From Balanoglossus misakiensis (Eukaryota; Animalia; Hemichordata), in NCBI GenBank assembly GCA_040954595.2, contig CM082588.2, positions 4,900,156 to 4,964,155 on the forward strand: a DNA stretch of 64,000 nucleotides. The letters run 5' to 3'. Shown here in pieces: positions 1 through 11,510 of this stretch (its first letter is position 1; each line of letters opens with the position of its first letter). The position numbers and the translations under genes were made by a program. The notes under the pieces were generated by a model. That model worked only from the letters and a program-made list of their open reading frames with translations, did no database searches and was not told the DNA's origin.

Positions 1-1587
1 GCATGCGTCCGTGTTGTCGATGTAGGTCTCCGGTGTCCATTTTCTACGTCGCCTGTAGCGATGTAAGACGACGCCGACCACGATTAGGCTGAGAAAGAAA
101 ATTGCTAGCGACGGCAATGTCATGTAGATGATCGAAGTGTTGTCTAAGGCGGTTGACGAATCCGGCCTTGGAATTATCGCCGGCGACGTCGCCGAGTCGA
201 CGGTGAATTTAGCAGTCGTCGTGTTTTTCAAAGGCGGTGAGCTGGCGACGCTCAAAGTCCCGGCGTTCTCGTGTCTTTCAAATTTCTTCACGGTCACCTT
301 TCTCGACAATGTACTGGTCCTGACCTGATTCCGCACCGCACACGTTATCTGCATACCGTCGTTTCCCTCGTGTAAGTTCTTCACCGTGATGGTTCGGCCC
401 CGTCTCGCCACGTGATAGCAGGCGCCGGTTTCGGCTATCGGCCGTTGGTTCAGCAGCCACTGGTACTCCGATACCGGAGGGTTTGCGATGGCCGAGCATT
501 CCAGGCGGAAAGACCCGTTGACGTGTGTTTCGACGGAGACTGGGAAAATGGATATGATCGGCGGATAGTACACTCGGAACGGTCCGAGCTTGCATTGTCT
601 CTGGTCGAGGGTGGCGATGGGGCTGTGGATGACACAGGATACCACTGTCTTGTCGTCAACGGCTGATAGAGTCCAGCTATCGCGTATGTCGAACCGACCT
701 GTGTTAGGGAACAGCCGCGAGCCGTTGAACTCACCCAAGTCCGTGAACCACGAGAGGTAGTGCAGCGCCTCTGATGTGTTTTTGCCGCGGACAGAGCACG
801 TGGTTGTCAACCCATCCCCGGCCTCGTAGAACTCACGCGGCCCGCTCTCTGTCTCGCAGGAGTATCGCAGAACCGACAGCGACGCTTTCTGCGAATTCAT
901 GATCCCGTGTCCCCGCGAGAGGTAGACCATGCAGTAGTATTCGCCGCCGTCTTCGGGGGACAGGTTGCTAATCCTCAAGTCAAATTCACCGGAGGATGTT
1001 GAGCCGGTCACCGCGTAATGGTCGAGATCTTCCGCCCCGTCTGGCAATCTGTTCATCGATATGTGATGGTTTGTTGATATGACGTCGCTTCCTTTTATCC
1101 ACCGCACCACCATCTTGTCGTGCGTGAAGTTGTTGACATGGCAACGGAGCACGGCCGTTTCTCCATCCACGGTCATCACGTCTTCTGGCTGTTGGTCGAA
1201 GCTCGGGATTGGAAGCGGTAGAATGGAGAGGACGCCGGGGTTGGACTCGGCGAGCTGGCTCCCGCCGGAGCCGAATATCGCGCACGTGTACTCTCCGCCG
1301 TCACTCCATGCGACGTCGCGGATCTTCAGATCGTGCAGGCCACGTGGTTCCACGGACACTATCTCGTACTTTGGATCAGTCTCTGAATCAATCAGCGTGC
1401 CGTTGAACTTCCATCGCACCGTGTACCCAGCTCGGAGTCCGTCCACGCTGCAATACATCACACCAGTGGTTCCCTGGATGACGTCAATATTCTGAGGGTC
1501 GCCTTTGATGCGTGCATAAGAACTGGACGCCCTCGCTGCAACACCACAGAAAATCAAGAAAACCAAACGTAGCACTGATGCCGACAT
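1..1587 (-). CDS. Ig-superfamily type I membrane receptor (signal peptide, 4 Ig domains, S/T stalk, TM); C-terminus runs off the left edge; absent from ORF track
   Basis: Manual translation from ATG at 1587 is open for 529 codons to base 1: MSASVLRLVFLIFCGVAARA signal; Ig motifs MYC..VRW..DGGEYTC, LRC..VRW..DGGEYYC, TTC..LSW..VVSC, LECSAIANPPVSEYQW..ITCAVRN; TM IIYMTLPSLAIFFLSLIVVGVVL then HRYRRRRK. Aligns by eye with 3022-4980 (FDIRDSWTLSA vs FDIRDTWTLTA). Confidence 0.9.
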   Translation of the reverse strand, partial: MSASVLRLVFLIFCGVAARASSSYARIKGDPQNIDVIQGTTGVMYCSVDGLRAGYTVRWKFNGTLIDSETDPKYEIVSVEPRGLHDLKIRDVAWSDGGEYTCAIFGSGGSQLAESNPGVLSILPLPIPSFDQQPEDVMTVDGETAVLRCHVNNFTHDKMVVRWIKGSDVISTNHHISMNRLPDGAEDLDHYAVTGSTSSGEFDLRISNLSPEDGGEYYCMVYLSRGHGIMNSQKASLSVLRYSCETESGPREFYEAGDGLTTTCSVRGKNTSEALHYLSWFTDLGEFNGSRLFPNTGRFDIRDSWTLSAVDDKTVVSCVIHSPIATLDQRQCKLGPFRVYYPPIISIFPVSVETHVNGSFRLECSAIANPPVSEYQWLLNQRPIAETGACYHVARRGRTITVKNLHEGNDGMQITCAVRNQVRTSTLSRKVTVKKFERHENAGTLSVASSPPLKNTTTAKFTVDSATSPAIIPRPDSSTALDNTSIIYMTLPSLAIFFLSLIVVGVVLHRYRRRRKWTPETYIDNTDAC

Positions 1588-3021
1588 TATCCGGGACTGA
1601 TTCGCAAAAAAATGCGCAATTGTAGAAAACGATCTGCTAACGCCTCGAGATCTGGCGTTTCTATTTATATTTGTCATCCGCGGCGAGTAATCATCACGTT
1701 ATGTTTATTCACAATTTGGGGTATCTGTTTCTTGTTTTTGCATTTACATGGTGTCTATGACCGACCGTGGCTGCGTGAAGTCAACTTTTAAGGAAAGAAA
1801 AATAACAGGCAATGATTGGTTAAAGATAATGCAACGCGTCACTGGGGAAAAAATTGCCACGAACGGAAAGACTGTGATGGTGAGATTGTGTAATATGACC
1901 GAGCGTTTACCTGGTTACTCGGCGTACAGGAAACAGATTGCATGTCGAAATTCCCCCCCCCCCCCCGGCAATAAATATGCCGATGTGTGTACCTTCAATC
2001 ATAGACAGTATGTCTATGCACAGACATTGTCTGTGGTCTATGCTTCAATTCAAAAGCAATGAAACGTCACGACAGACTGAGGGTAGTGGTCAGTTTTATT
2101 TCCTTATTGCTTCTCTGTGATAAGATATATTGTATACAAGGTAATTGTACCGGCTAACTTTATCCAAAAATGAATTATTTTCACCAAACACATTATAGGT
2201 CGCATATACTCATATAGTTTGTACTAATAGTGCTATAGGACACCGCTCCGAAACTGTTTTGTCAGGAAATAGAAGTCAGTCGGGTTTCTCGACGTCACAC
2301 CGTGTACTTCCTCGTGCACTGCTCAACCCGACGCAAACAGTGACGATGACATGCCCGACCAAGTGGGCGGGGAGCATGTCCGGTAATATTACGTACGGAG
2401 TCGAACCAGCTTCATATGATCGGCGCAAGTTCTTGGAAAGGTGACAAAACGCGTCCCTATTCTGACAGTCTTCGAGTAATGTATGAGGAAATAATCTATC
2501 CAGACGCCCCCTTTCTTAGGAATTATGACGTAGATGTGTAGCGGGTACCACGGTTCACGCTGCGAACCGCTACTGGGTGATCTATAGTTTACACCCAGAC
2601 CCTCTCTTCACCACATACCTCCGTATATATGGAGCAGAACTGCGGTTGATATTCGATACCTGATGAATGGACTCTCTCGTTGTAAGCTGTTCGCCACTGG
2701 TCGCATGATTTGTGTTGGGTCCGAGCAGCCTGACCTCAGAACTTATATCGTGGGTGTCACTTTTCACGCCAAATAGGTACGCGTGACCTCATGTTAAAGA
2801 CACCAGATTCTAAAAACAGATATACACCGTAACACATCCGACGCATTGCCGGAAATTTGTGTCTCTTAAGCTTGTTACTGCATAATTATATTGAAAAATA
2901 AGCTTGCCCAAATTTAACATACATAAGAGGCTTGAGTTGGGTTCATAATAAATAAAATGTTTTGTTGGTTACAGTCAACAGTGTAAAGTCTTAATGTTGT
3001 CCCTGGGTGGCTATGACTCTT

Positions 3022-4980
3022 TCAGAGTTTAAGGTCAGCGTACGTCACAGGGGATTCTCTTCGCTTAGCCTCCCAGTTGGCCGCGGTCTCGTCGTCGTTG
3101 TCATGGTGATCTAGCTCGGCATATATTAACCCCTCCACGTTCTCTTGCCTCTTGCTTGTCTCTGCTTCACGGGGACCGGTTTCTCTGCCTGTAGTTTGGT
3201 CCCCCCGTAGCGGGACGACTTCGTACTCGGGGTTGCCGTTGCTCACTGCTTTCTTTGCCGCTCGGTCTTTGCGTTTTTTGCTTTTATCGACCTGGGCGTA
3301 CGTCACCTCGACATTGTCCTGTTTGTCGCTCTCGTTAGGCACGGGACTTTTGGAGTTTTCCGTCGCAACGGTTTGTGGTAAGCAAACCTCGTAGTCGCGA
3401 CCCTTGAGGGGAGCTCTCTGCTCGTCGACGGGGTCGTAGACATTTCCAACGTCGTCCTTTCCGTTACTAATGCTCGTCAGCGGATATGATGTATCAGGCG
3501 ATGGCTGCATGTGCGTCTGTTTTCCGTTCTTTCGTTTAAGTTTCAGGTAAAGCGTGAGAACACACAATATGATGAACATCGCTAGAATGAGACAAGAAAA
3601 TCCCACGATGACGTAAATAATTACCGGTGAAACGGCCGACTTTGCGTTGGGGCGAGGTGTGGTTTCCATGGGAACGGTAGATTCAATGACGTTCACCGTT
3701 GCTGTGGCTGACGGAAGTGTTTCACTTTCGGGTCTGCAAGTCACCTTTAATTGGGTTCTGTTTGCCGCAGGAAAGTCGACGAATTCTTCCAAGTTTATGG
3801 CCAAATGAGAACCAGAATAATTCAACTGTTTATCGTTCAGCATCCACTGCCACGGGTATTCCCCGACAGGTGGGTTGGCTCGAAGTGAACACGTGAAATT
3901 AACTGACTGATGGGCGTATGCCCGGACTGTCTGGGGATGTATGGACACTATTGGACCGAAGTGCACGTTGAGGGGACCAATCACACATTGCCGCTGATTG
4001 GAGACAGCAGCACCCTTCAATACACACGTTATATTGGCACCGTTGTCGTCAGCCGTCAATGTCCACGTGTCTCTGATATCAAAATTGTCTGGATGAACAC
4101 GCGTTCCATTTTTCTCTTCGCCATTTCGCAGCCACGACAGACGAACCGGTGCATTTCCTCCCCTCGAGATGCAATCAGTTGTCAGATTATCGCCCTCCGA
4201 ATAAGTCCCACCTTGGTTTGGATGGCACGATGGGTAGCCAATATCGGGTGGGTAGATAACATGTATCGTCGCTTCTCGTGAACTCAAAATGACCCTTTTC
4301 AATGTCTTGTGGTACACCCCACAAGAAAACATCCCAGCGTCACTTCGTCGCACGTTCAAGATTCTCAAATGAAAGGCCTGGTAGTCGTCTCCAATGACTA
4401 AGTATCGATCTTCGACCTGATCATTTCTGATCGTTTTGTCGTCAGAGATGATCTCGGTTCCCCTCAACCACTGCACCGTTGTCGTATTGGGATCCCTGTT
4501 TTCTATTCTGCACCGTAGAAGAGTATTGCTACCCTCTACGACAGTCTCGTCGTCAGGTTCACGTCGGAACACGGGAGTTGAAGCGGCAACGATGACGACA
4601 TTTGCAACTCGCGAGTAGGGTTGTGTTGGTAAAGTATTTTTGTACGCTAGGCATCGATAGGACCCTTGGTTAGTTTGACTTGCACTGATGATCGTCAAAT
4701 AACTGGTATATGTACCATTGTGTCTACCAACATTTCTTGCTTCGTTAATGTCAACGCCGTCATCATGTGCGTAAAGATAGTTTTTATCATTGAATTGCCA
4801 GTAAATCTGGTAAGTGCTGTTGTCTCCATTGATCTTGATGAACATTGAGCACTGCAGCTGAAATGACGTACCCACAACGACTTCAGTATCGGTCGGTTCC
4901 ACCACAAAGTAATGTTCCGCTGCGACTCCACGCAGCACCAGAACACACGTCAAGACCATGAAGTTGCCGACACGCGACAT
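3022..4980 (-). CDS. Single-exon 4-Ig receptor (nephrin/Kirrel/CD22-like C2 domains) with ITIM-bearing tail, about 652 aa
   Basis: ORF 3022..5160; likely start MSRVGNFMVLTCVLVLRGVAA at 4980 (signal peptide). Ig motifs NQGSYRC, DAGMFSC, CISRGGNAPVRLSW, CSLRANPP; TM VIIYVIVGFSCLILAMFIILCVLTLYL; tail VTYAQV, LIYAEL, VTYADL. Confidence 0.92.
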   Translation of the reverse strand: MSRVGNFMVLTCVLVLRGVAAEHYFVVEPTDTEVVVGTSFQLQCSMFIKINGDNSTYQIYWQFNDKNYLYAHDDGVDINEARNVGRHNGTYTSYLTIISASQTNQGSYRCLAYKNTLPTQPYSRVANVVIVAASTPVFRREPDDETVVEGSNTLLRCRIENRDPNTTTVQWLRGTEIISDDKTIRNDQVEDRYLVIGDDYQAFHLRILNVRRSDAGMFSCGVYHKTLKRVILSSREATIHVIYPPDIGYPSCHPNQGGTYSEGDNLTTDCISRGGNAPVRLSWLRNGEEKNGTRVHPDNFDIRDTWTLTADDNGANITCVLKGAAVSNQRQCVIGPLNVHFGPIVSIHPQTVRAYAHQSVNFTCSLRANPPVGEYPWQWMLNDKQLNYSGSHLAINLEEFVDFPAANRTQLKVTCRPESETLPSATATVNVIESTVPMETTPRPNAKSAVSPVIIYVIVGFSCLILAMFIILCVLTLYLKLKRKNGKQTHMQPSPDTSYPLTSISNGKDDVGNVYDPVDEQRAPLKGRDYEVCLPQTVATENSKSPVPNESDKQDNVEVTYAQVDKSKKRKDRAAKKAVSNGNPEYEVVPLRGDQTTGRETGPREAETSKRQENVEGLIYAELDHHDNDDETAANWEAKRRESPVTYADLKL

Positions 4981-6600
4981 GACTGTAACCACAGGCAAGT
5001 AAAACACTTCAGAACGGTGGCGCGGCTGTGTCTCCGCCACTGCTGGTTTCCGTACTGCTTGACTTCCGCCTTCGTTGACAAAGTGCGTAGTAAAGTTCTT
5101 CTGTTCGCAGAATTGATTACAGCAGGCGTATAGTTGGACATGCGCAGTATACTGTAACATCGCGTCACAGTGCCGTATTTAGATACGTACGTGTGCCGAC
5201 CTGTGAGGAATGTGACCACTGCCACGGGCGGCCGCGACCTTGGTCTGGCACGATGAACAAGTCATTTTGACATCTCCATTGTATAGCCTCCGTAACGTAA
5301 TCTTTAGACTGTGAATCAACTACAATTTTGTTGTACTTCTTACAGCATGTTACAACGTCCAGTAGAACTACATGTACTTGACAATACAGTATGCGTATTT
5401 GTAACAATCATGTGTTCCCGGTAACTCGACTATAAGGAGTAATGTCACAAAGTCCAATTTGAGTACTGGGTGAAAAATTAAAAAAAACTTCCGATGTGGC
5501 CTTACTGAAGGGAATGTCACAGGAAACACGTTATTTTCTATTTTTGGCCGGCCACACACCGAATGTAGTTTGGCGATGTCATTGGCGAAAAGGCAAGAAT
5601 TTCTCTGCCCCGTGCGATTCCACTACACTCCAGCATATGATTCAGACATCTCGTGTGAACATGGATGAAACTATTGTTTCGTTCGCGGTCAGAAACGTAT
5701 CTTGAAAAGTGAACGCCTGGTGGCGACAGACATTACCCAGCAGTACCACTCGGACAATGCATTGTCATCAGTGCGCCCTCAATCTAGTCTGGTCACCGAT
5801 CTACTTTGCTACGTCACTTGGCACCCTGAACCAATACTCCGCGGCAACTTTTATCACTGTTGTTGGAAGTCGCGTGATATTGTGAATCCGACATGTATGT
5901 ATGTATGCAGTGTTAAACACAGAAAATAACAAATACCAACATTTGGAAAACGACTGGTCTAATACACCTCGTGACACTGGTTCATAAGCACTTGAAATAC
6001 AAATGTCATGTTTATCTTCAACAAATCGACATTTTAAAAACCATTGGTGAAACTATTTTCACTCTTCGGATTTTTAGTATTCTTACAAAGGAGAATCCTA
6101 AAGTCCATAGTGTTTAAAAGAAATAACAATTATACATTTTCAACTCCTTACTGTTACACCCAAGACTAGTTTCAAAGTCCCATAGACTTACGGTAAATGA
6201 GTTATGTAAAGGAAGTTAGTCATAAAAATGAACACTATTGCGCGAAATATGTCAAAATGTGTTGCTATTGGCAATTTAAGATGAGTTCCTTATCGAGCTG
6301 ATGTCGATGAAACGCGATGACGCACACAGTGTTCCGTATTTCGATATGTAACAAAATACATCTGAGTACTATACGCGCATTTTTTACATTCAACGTGTCG
6401 TATAGATGTCTGAATAATATAACAGGAAATGGTTTAAATAAACTGTAATAACGATTGCTGTCTATACACTGGTCATTTTCTGGTTGCCTATAAATTCCTG
6501 GTTATCACTGAGTGTGGGATCAGTTAATCACAATTTTGGTACAAGTCTAAAATCGACAGGTTGTTGTAGTTATAGTTATACAGGTGAACATTTTTCAGTT

Positions 6601-7455
6601 TTAAGGTGGTGTTTCCAAGCTCTTGACTTTGACCTCGGCGTATACCACGGGTGCCTCTTTCCGATGCACTTTCACGCCGTCATCACCTCTGGCACGATCA
6701 TGGACCTGTAGATCGGCATAAACCAATCTCTCTACGTTCTTGCGTAGCTTGCTTTCCGGTGTTTCATTAAGGTCACTGTCGTCAGTTTTATCGTTGCCCT
6801 GCGCAGCTTCTTCATCTCTGTTGCGGGCAGCGGCGTTTTCGCACTCATCCCGGCCAATCTCCTCCCGTTTGAAGCTGACCTCACTGTACATCACGGGTGC
6901 CTCTCGTCGGCGCACTTGACCGTCACTGTCTCCCTTTCCATGAATCTCCAGATCTACATAGACCAATCGCTCCACGTTCTTGCGTAGATTACTGTCCCGT
7001 GTGTCACCAAGGCCCTTGTCTGTTTTACCACTGTCTTGTGCAGCCGCGTTATTTTTCTCGGGGGCGGCGTTTTCGCAACCTTCAAACCCGCTCCTCGTCT
7101 CCTTGGTTCCCGAGACAGCCCTGTCTGTGGGCCCGGGCTCGACGTTGCCCTTTCCATATCCCCCTGGCTGGCGCGGATGCGTTTTAGTATCAACATTTGG
7201 TCGTTCGCAGACGTCCTCGCGATTGATACTCGGGGAAGCGCTTTGCTCAGTTTCCACTCCCGGACCGGCAATGGTACCACCCGCGTCCCCTGCTGGTGGC
7301 GTCGACAGCGATGGAGTCCCAGCGGGCAACTTCTCCCTGGTCACCCGCTTTCCACATTTCCCCTTCTTTATGCAACATAAAGCGATGCCCATCGTGATGA
7401 CCGTGACGAGCAACAGACAGAAGACTCCGATGAGAATGACAATCATGGCCGACAT
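6601..7455 (-). CDS. Ectodomain-less transmembrane adaptor-like protein with four ITIM-like motifs (about 284 aa)
   Basis: ATG at 7455 is followed directly by hydrophobic MIVILIGVFCLLLVTVITMGIALCC then IKKGKCGKR; in-frame TAA at 7483-7485 upstream; tail LVYVDL, VMYSEV, LVYADL, VVYAEV, homologous to the tail of 3022-4980. Confidence 0.8.
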   Translation of the reverse strand: MSAMIVILIGVFCLLLVTVITMGIALCCIKKGKCGKRVTREKLPAGTPSLSTPPAGDAGGTIAGPGVETEQSASPSINREDVCERPNVDTKTHPRQPGGYGKGNVEPGPTDRAVSGTKETRSGFEGCENAAPEKNNAAAQDSGKTDKGLGDTRDSNLRKNVERLVYVDLEIHGKGDSDGQVRRREAPVMYSEVSFKREEIGRDECENAAARNRDEEAAQGNDKTDDSDLNETPESKLRKNVERLVYADLQVHDRARGDDGVKVHRKEAPVVYAEVKVKSLETPP

Positions 7456-8989
7456 GAAAATATCAACACACTCGTTCACTTGTTAAAGTTAACAACTGAC
7501 GTATACGTTCGCAGTGCCAAATAAGGGAAGGATAGGTTTACCGAAATAAATCCAAACGCGGGGGTGGGTACTGTTCACTGACCATTGGTGTTTTCTCAGG
7601 GAGTCTTGGGTGATTAAAACAGCCGAAATTTCGTTCACGAGAATGGGTTTAGCTTACAGTCGTACGGGCCGTAGTTTAGCTGTGTTTCTCTTAATGTGCG
7701 CAGCTACGTACCACGTTTTTCGTCACATATGTTTCACTATAGTTGTGAGCCGCAATTGGTGATATGCGCGACAGAAGATACATGTATTGCTTCTGCTGAA
7801 TTTTAATTGTGTTTTAAAGTTTCCTTGTTTGAGACATTTGTATTGCGCCTGCGCTGTCAGATCAAAGGAGACGTTTAACTCTGTCAGTCGTCGTGATTCG
7901 AATTGATCTTGTTTTGCCCTCTGCGTTTTGTTAATATCTTCCCGCTTTCGGTTCCTTGTATGTTCCTTGTAGATATGGGAAAGGTCTAATCGGCAAGCGC
8001 ATGTTATCATGACCCGGCCATCCAGTCGGGCTTCAAAACTTCCTTTCATATTTTATCGTCTGGCACGAATACGACCTTTGACTCCGAAGGATGTTTCGTG
8101 AGAGCACCCTATAACTAGCTGCAGTGTTTCGAGTTCATGGTGACCGCGCCTTCACGCAATTATCAGAGGGGGGAGGGGAGAGGGACGAGATAAAAACTTG
8201 ACTTCCCTGTCCGTGTGTTGGACTCTCCATAGCTGTCCCAGTCATCGTATCGATCGTCCGCTACTGGGGGCGGTACGTTTTACTAGTATTAGCTCTAAAA
8301 AGGGGAGATTTGCGCGATGTCACCACCATGTAGCCAATATTATGCCCGCACCCCCGGGGTCAACCGTGGCATGAAGTGAAACACAGATATTGGATCTGGT
8401 GTAGTCCTAATCACCACTAAAATTCTCATATTATCCTGACCACAGTAAAATTAAATTGTTTCATTGTAGCATTTGCCGTAAATAACTGTTTTTCCTAATT
8501 GGTTTATTGTGATAATTAATCGACTTCCTGATTGGTTTATTTGAATGATTACAAGTCTCTGACTGGCTGCTTTCTGCATGTTCACAGCTTGTCTGCTGGC
8601 TTTTCAATATTAATTTATGCAAATCATTATCTGCAGTATTTCCTTTCAGCGGTCTGTGAATGGCCAGTCTGCCAAAACAAAATTTGTTTATCAATGGGTG
8701 CTTTCCAGATTATGAATAATGAGGTGGCAGTTGCAGCCACGTTGTTCCAGTGATGTCCGTCGTGTTTCATGATGTCCACGTTTGCTCTTACTTTCCCAGT
8801 AAAAAAACTAAATTTGACCTTCCCATTTTCCACACTTAGATGTACTGTGCGCTGAAGCTGTCGTAATTTAAGGTAAGTCATGACTTTTTCCTCTCTGTGA
8901 AGAGAACCATGTCTGTAAGTCCAGAAAAGTTGTTCGGAAACATTTTCGTAAGTATGGCTGCTGCCCAAGCATGGAGAAGTGCTGTGTTC

Positions 8990-9380
8990 TTTGTTGTTCG
9001 TTTTGTGCCAATGGCCGCACACGCTTTGCTCAACTTGCCTGTTCACGTAGCTCTAAATTCACAAATGCAACTTGCGACTCGCAGTGTTTCCGTTAGCGTA
9101 TTACACGCATATTTCTACTTGTGGGCTCAAAATTTGTTTGCGTAGGAGAAAGTGTTATCTGAATTCAAAATTAAAATCGAACGCGTAAGAGAGGGTTCGT
9201 TGTTGTTCGTTTTGTGCCATTGGCCGCACACGCTTTCTTCAACTTTGCTTCACTGGAAAATATCAAGTTCAAAACGTGCCCGTTTTATATATCTCTAAAT
9301 TCATAAATCAAACTTGTGACTTCTAGTGTTTCCGTTAGCATAAAGAAACTTGCGTACTTCACTCAAAATTCTCACCGTTC
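8990..9380. repeat. Degenerate ~210-bp direct duplication
   Basis: ttgttgttcgttttgtgcca(a/t)tggccgcacacgcttt at ~8991 and ~9200; ctctaaattca..aacttg..gtgtttccgttagc in both copies. Confidence 0.75.
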
Positions 9381-10850
9381 GCGTATGTATCGTTGATGTT
9401 CACGGCGCACGTGGCCCGGACAAAATATTTCTCCCGTCTACAACATGATACTTTAGCTGTCAATCGTTTCAACGCGTCTCACAAATGTTGACTTTCAACC
9501 CGCACGTTTTTTTTTCCTTCCAACGGGTTTGCACAATCATTTTTAGTCGCTTTTTCTGTTGATATTTTTGGACACAAATATGTCGTCAAAAGACGCTTGA
9601 TTCTCTGCTGAAGCCAACAAAAAACACATCAGCACGCGTTAACGATGTTGCTGACACGGACTTGGGTTCTAGTGAGCGTGCTAACAGTAAACGAAGAGGC
9701 TACCATTCAAATTTCTATCCGGATATCCATGAAACTTTTTTTATTTTGCCTAAAGGGGAGTTCTGTAACATGCATTTACACAAATGGGGGTCACCACATC
9801 CGTTTTCCTGTAAAACCACAAAATTTTGTTCTCAATAGTAAGCTTAGGTAGTTCGAATTTGACAACTACAACATCCAACCGATGGAGGGCGTTGTTAAAT
9901 GTACGGATGCCCTCGGCGACCTACCTCAACAATACCTTTTGTTTTTATTATGAGGTCTCTGTTCGCGACAATTTTAGTCTATAGCTTATGCGTACAGTGT
10001 TCGCAACAACAACAAAAAACAAAAGGAAACACTGCAAGTTGTGAGAATTTCATTTGTCATTTTTGGTGTATTTGTCTTCATGAACCTTTTCTTTTTGTTT
10101 ATACAGCACTTCACCAAGTCCAACTGACCGTGCCGTCTTCAAGTTCAATGGAGCAGTTGAAGGTACGTCACTCATTACTTTCATTTAAGATTCAGTCAGT
10201 CAGATGCATTGATGGCAGACAATCGCGTTCATGTTGACTCGCCAGATAAATTTTTATAATGTTCGTTGGGGGCAGTTGTCCATATTATTCAGTGCAACAT
10301 CAAAAACGTTGCACAGGACAAGCCCTTTCAAGCAATTGGTCATTTTTGTGACTCCAACATTACCTTACATCCCTACACTTCTGTTGGTACAAATTCACCA
10401 GTCTGATCAAAAACTCTAGAATTGCAATAGTACATGATTAAGTACTGAATTACAAAAGTGCCTCTATTTCAAGCATCAATGAATGTCATGAATGAAGGTC
10501 ATGAAAGTGACCTATGGAGATAATTTTGACTCGTCGCCAAGTACGCAGATGACTTCGAGAAATCTATAATTGTCTTGCCATAAGAGTAGCTAGTGCTGGT
10601 TAGTCCGTTGCAGTTTATCAGTTGATTTGTTCATCCAAGGACATGGAGCTTGTCCTCCTCGTCGGTAGTGTGTGTGTTATTGATTAATAAAATAAACGGA
10701 ATGTTTGCTTGCTTGTTTGTTTGTTTGTTTTCAAATATGGTCTCGTTTGTTTATTTTTAACAGGTTAGGTAGGGTTAGGGTCACTTTGCCCCCCTGCATC
10801 ACTCCCTATATGTACATATTTATAGATTTGTATCAGGAATTTTTAGCTCC

Positions 10851-11024
10851 ATCTGTGGCTGTAGCGAGGTTGTCTGGATAACCATATGAAGTAACAGTCT
10901 TGGTGTATGGTCTTATATTGGGCCATCCCCAGAGGTCGGGTGTACTGATCTCTGTGGCTGTTGCGAGGGTTGTCTGGATAGCTAAATGAAGTAAAAGTGG
11001 TCTTATATTGGACCAACCCCAGAT
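10851..11024. repeat. ~100-bp direct duplication
   Basis: tctgtggctgt(a/t)gcgagg..ttgtctggata..atgaagtaa..ggtcttatattgg..cccaga occurs twice. Confidence 0.75.
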
Positions 11025-11164
11025 GTGTAATGTAGTTGTACTCTGCTAAACTGATAGTGGTAAAACATATAAACCTCTAGAACTTCAGATTTATACTCCT
11101 AAATAGAATTCAATATGCATTTAATTTGCAAATTGTAGTGATTGACAATTCTAGAAAATAACTC

Positions 11165-11510
11165 AAGCAAGTCCCATAAATGTAGAAAGTAATGAACAGG
11201 GTGCTCACTGTCTTTTTTCATTTATGTAATTTTTCTCAAATTTGGCGGCCATTTTGAATTTCAAATTTGAGACTAGTCATCTTAAAGATTTTCATGATTA
11301 CCACAGAGAGAGACATCAGCCAACTCTTGAATATGGCTTTATTCACATAATATGAGCTAGCAAGTCGCATAAAATTAAAAAGAAAACAGGGTATTCACTG
11401 TCTTTTTTTTATTGATATCACTACTTAAATTTTCTCATAGAGTTAACACAAATTTGGCGGCCATTTTGAATTTCAAATTTTAGACTAGTCATCTTAAAGA
11501 TTTTCATTAT
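11165..11510. repeat. ~200-bp direct duplication containing AAATTTGGCGGCCATTTTGAATTTCAAATT, probably transposon-derived
   Basis: aaatttggcggccattttgaatttcaaattt(g/t)agactagtcatcttaaagattttcat at ~11238 and ~11450. The transposon origin is inference. Confidence 0.7.

Noticed and set aside
128-1495. Several short ORFs on both strands
   Set aside because: Antisense or out-of-frame shadows of the 1-1587 receptor; the same applies to short ORFs overlapping the other genes.
4981-5160. N-terminal extensions in the ORF track (also 51757-51894, 54105-54185, 30831-31034, 24625-24720)
   Set aside because: Most begin at non-ATG codons; for the receptors they precede the signal peptide and overlap predicted UTR introns.
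8461-9145. ORFs of 77-139 aa as a transposase or missing ectodomain exon
   Set aside because: No recognisable Ig, DDE or Rep/helicase motifs.
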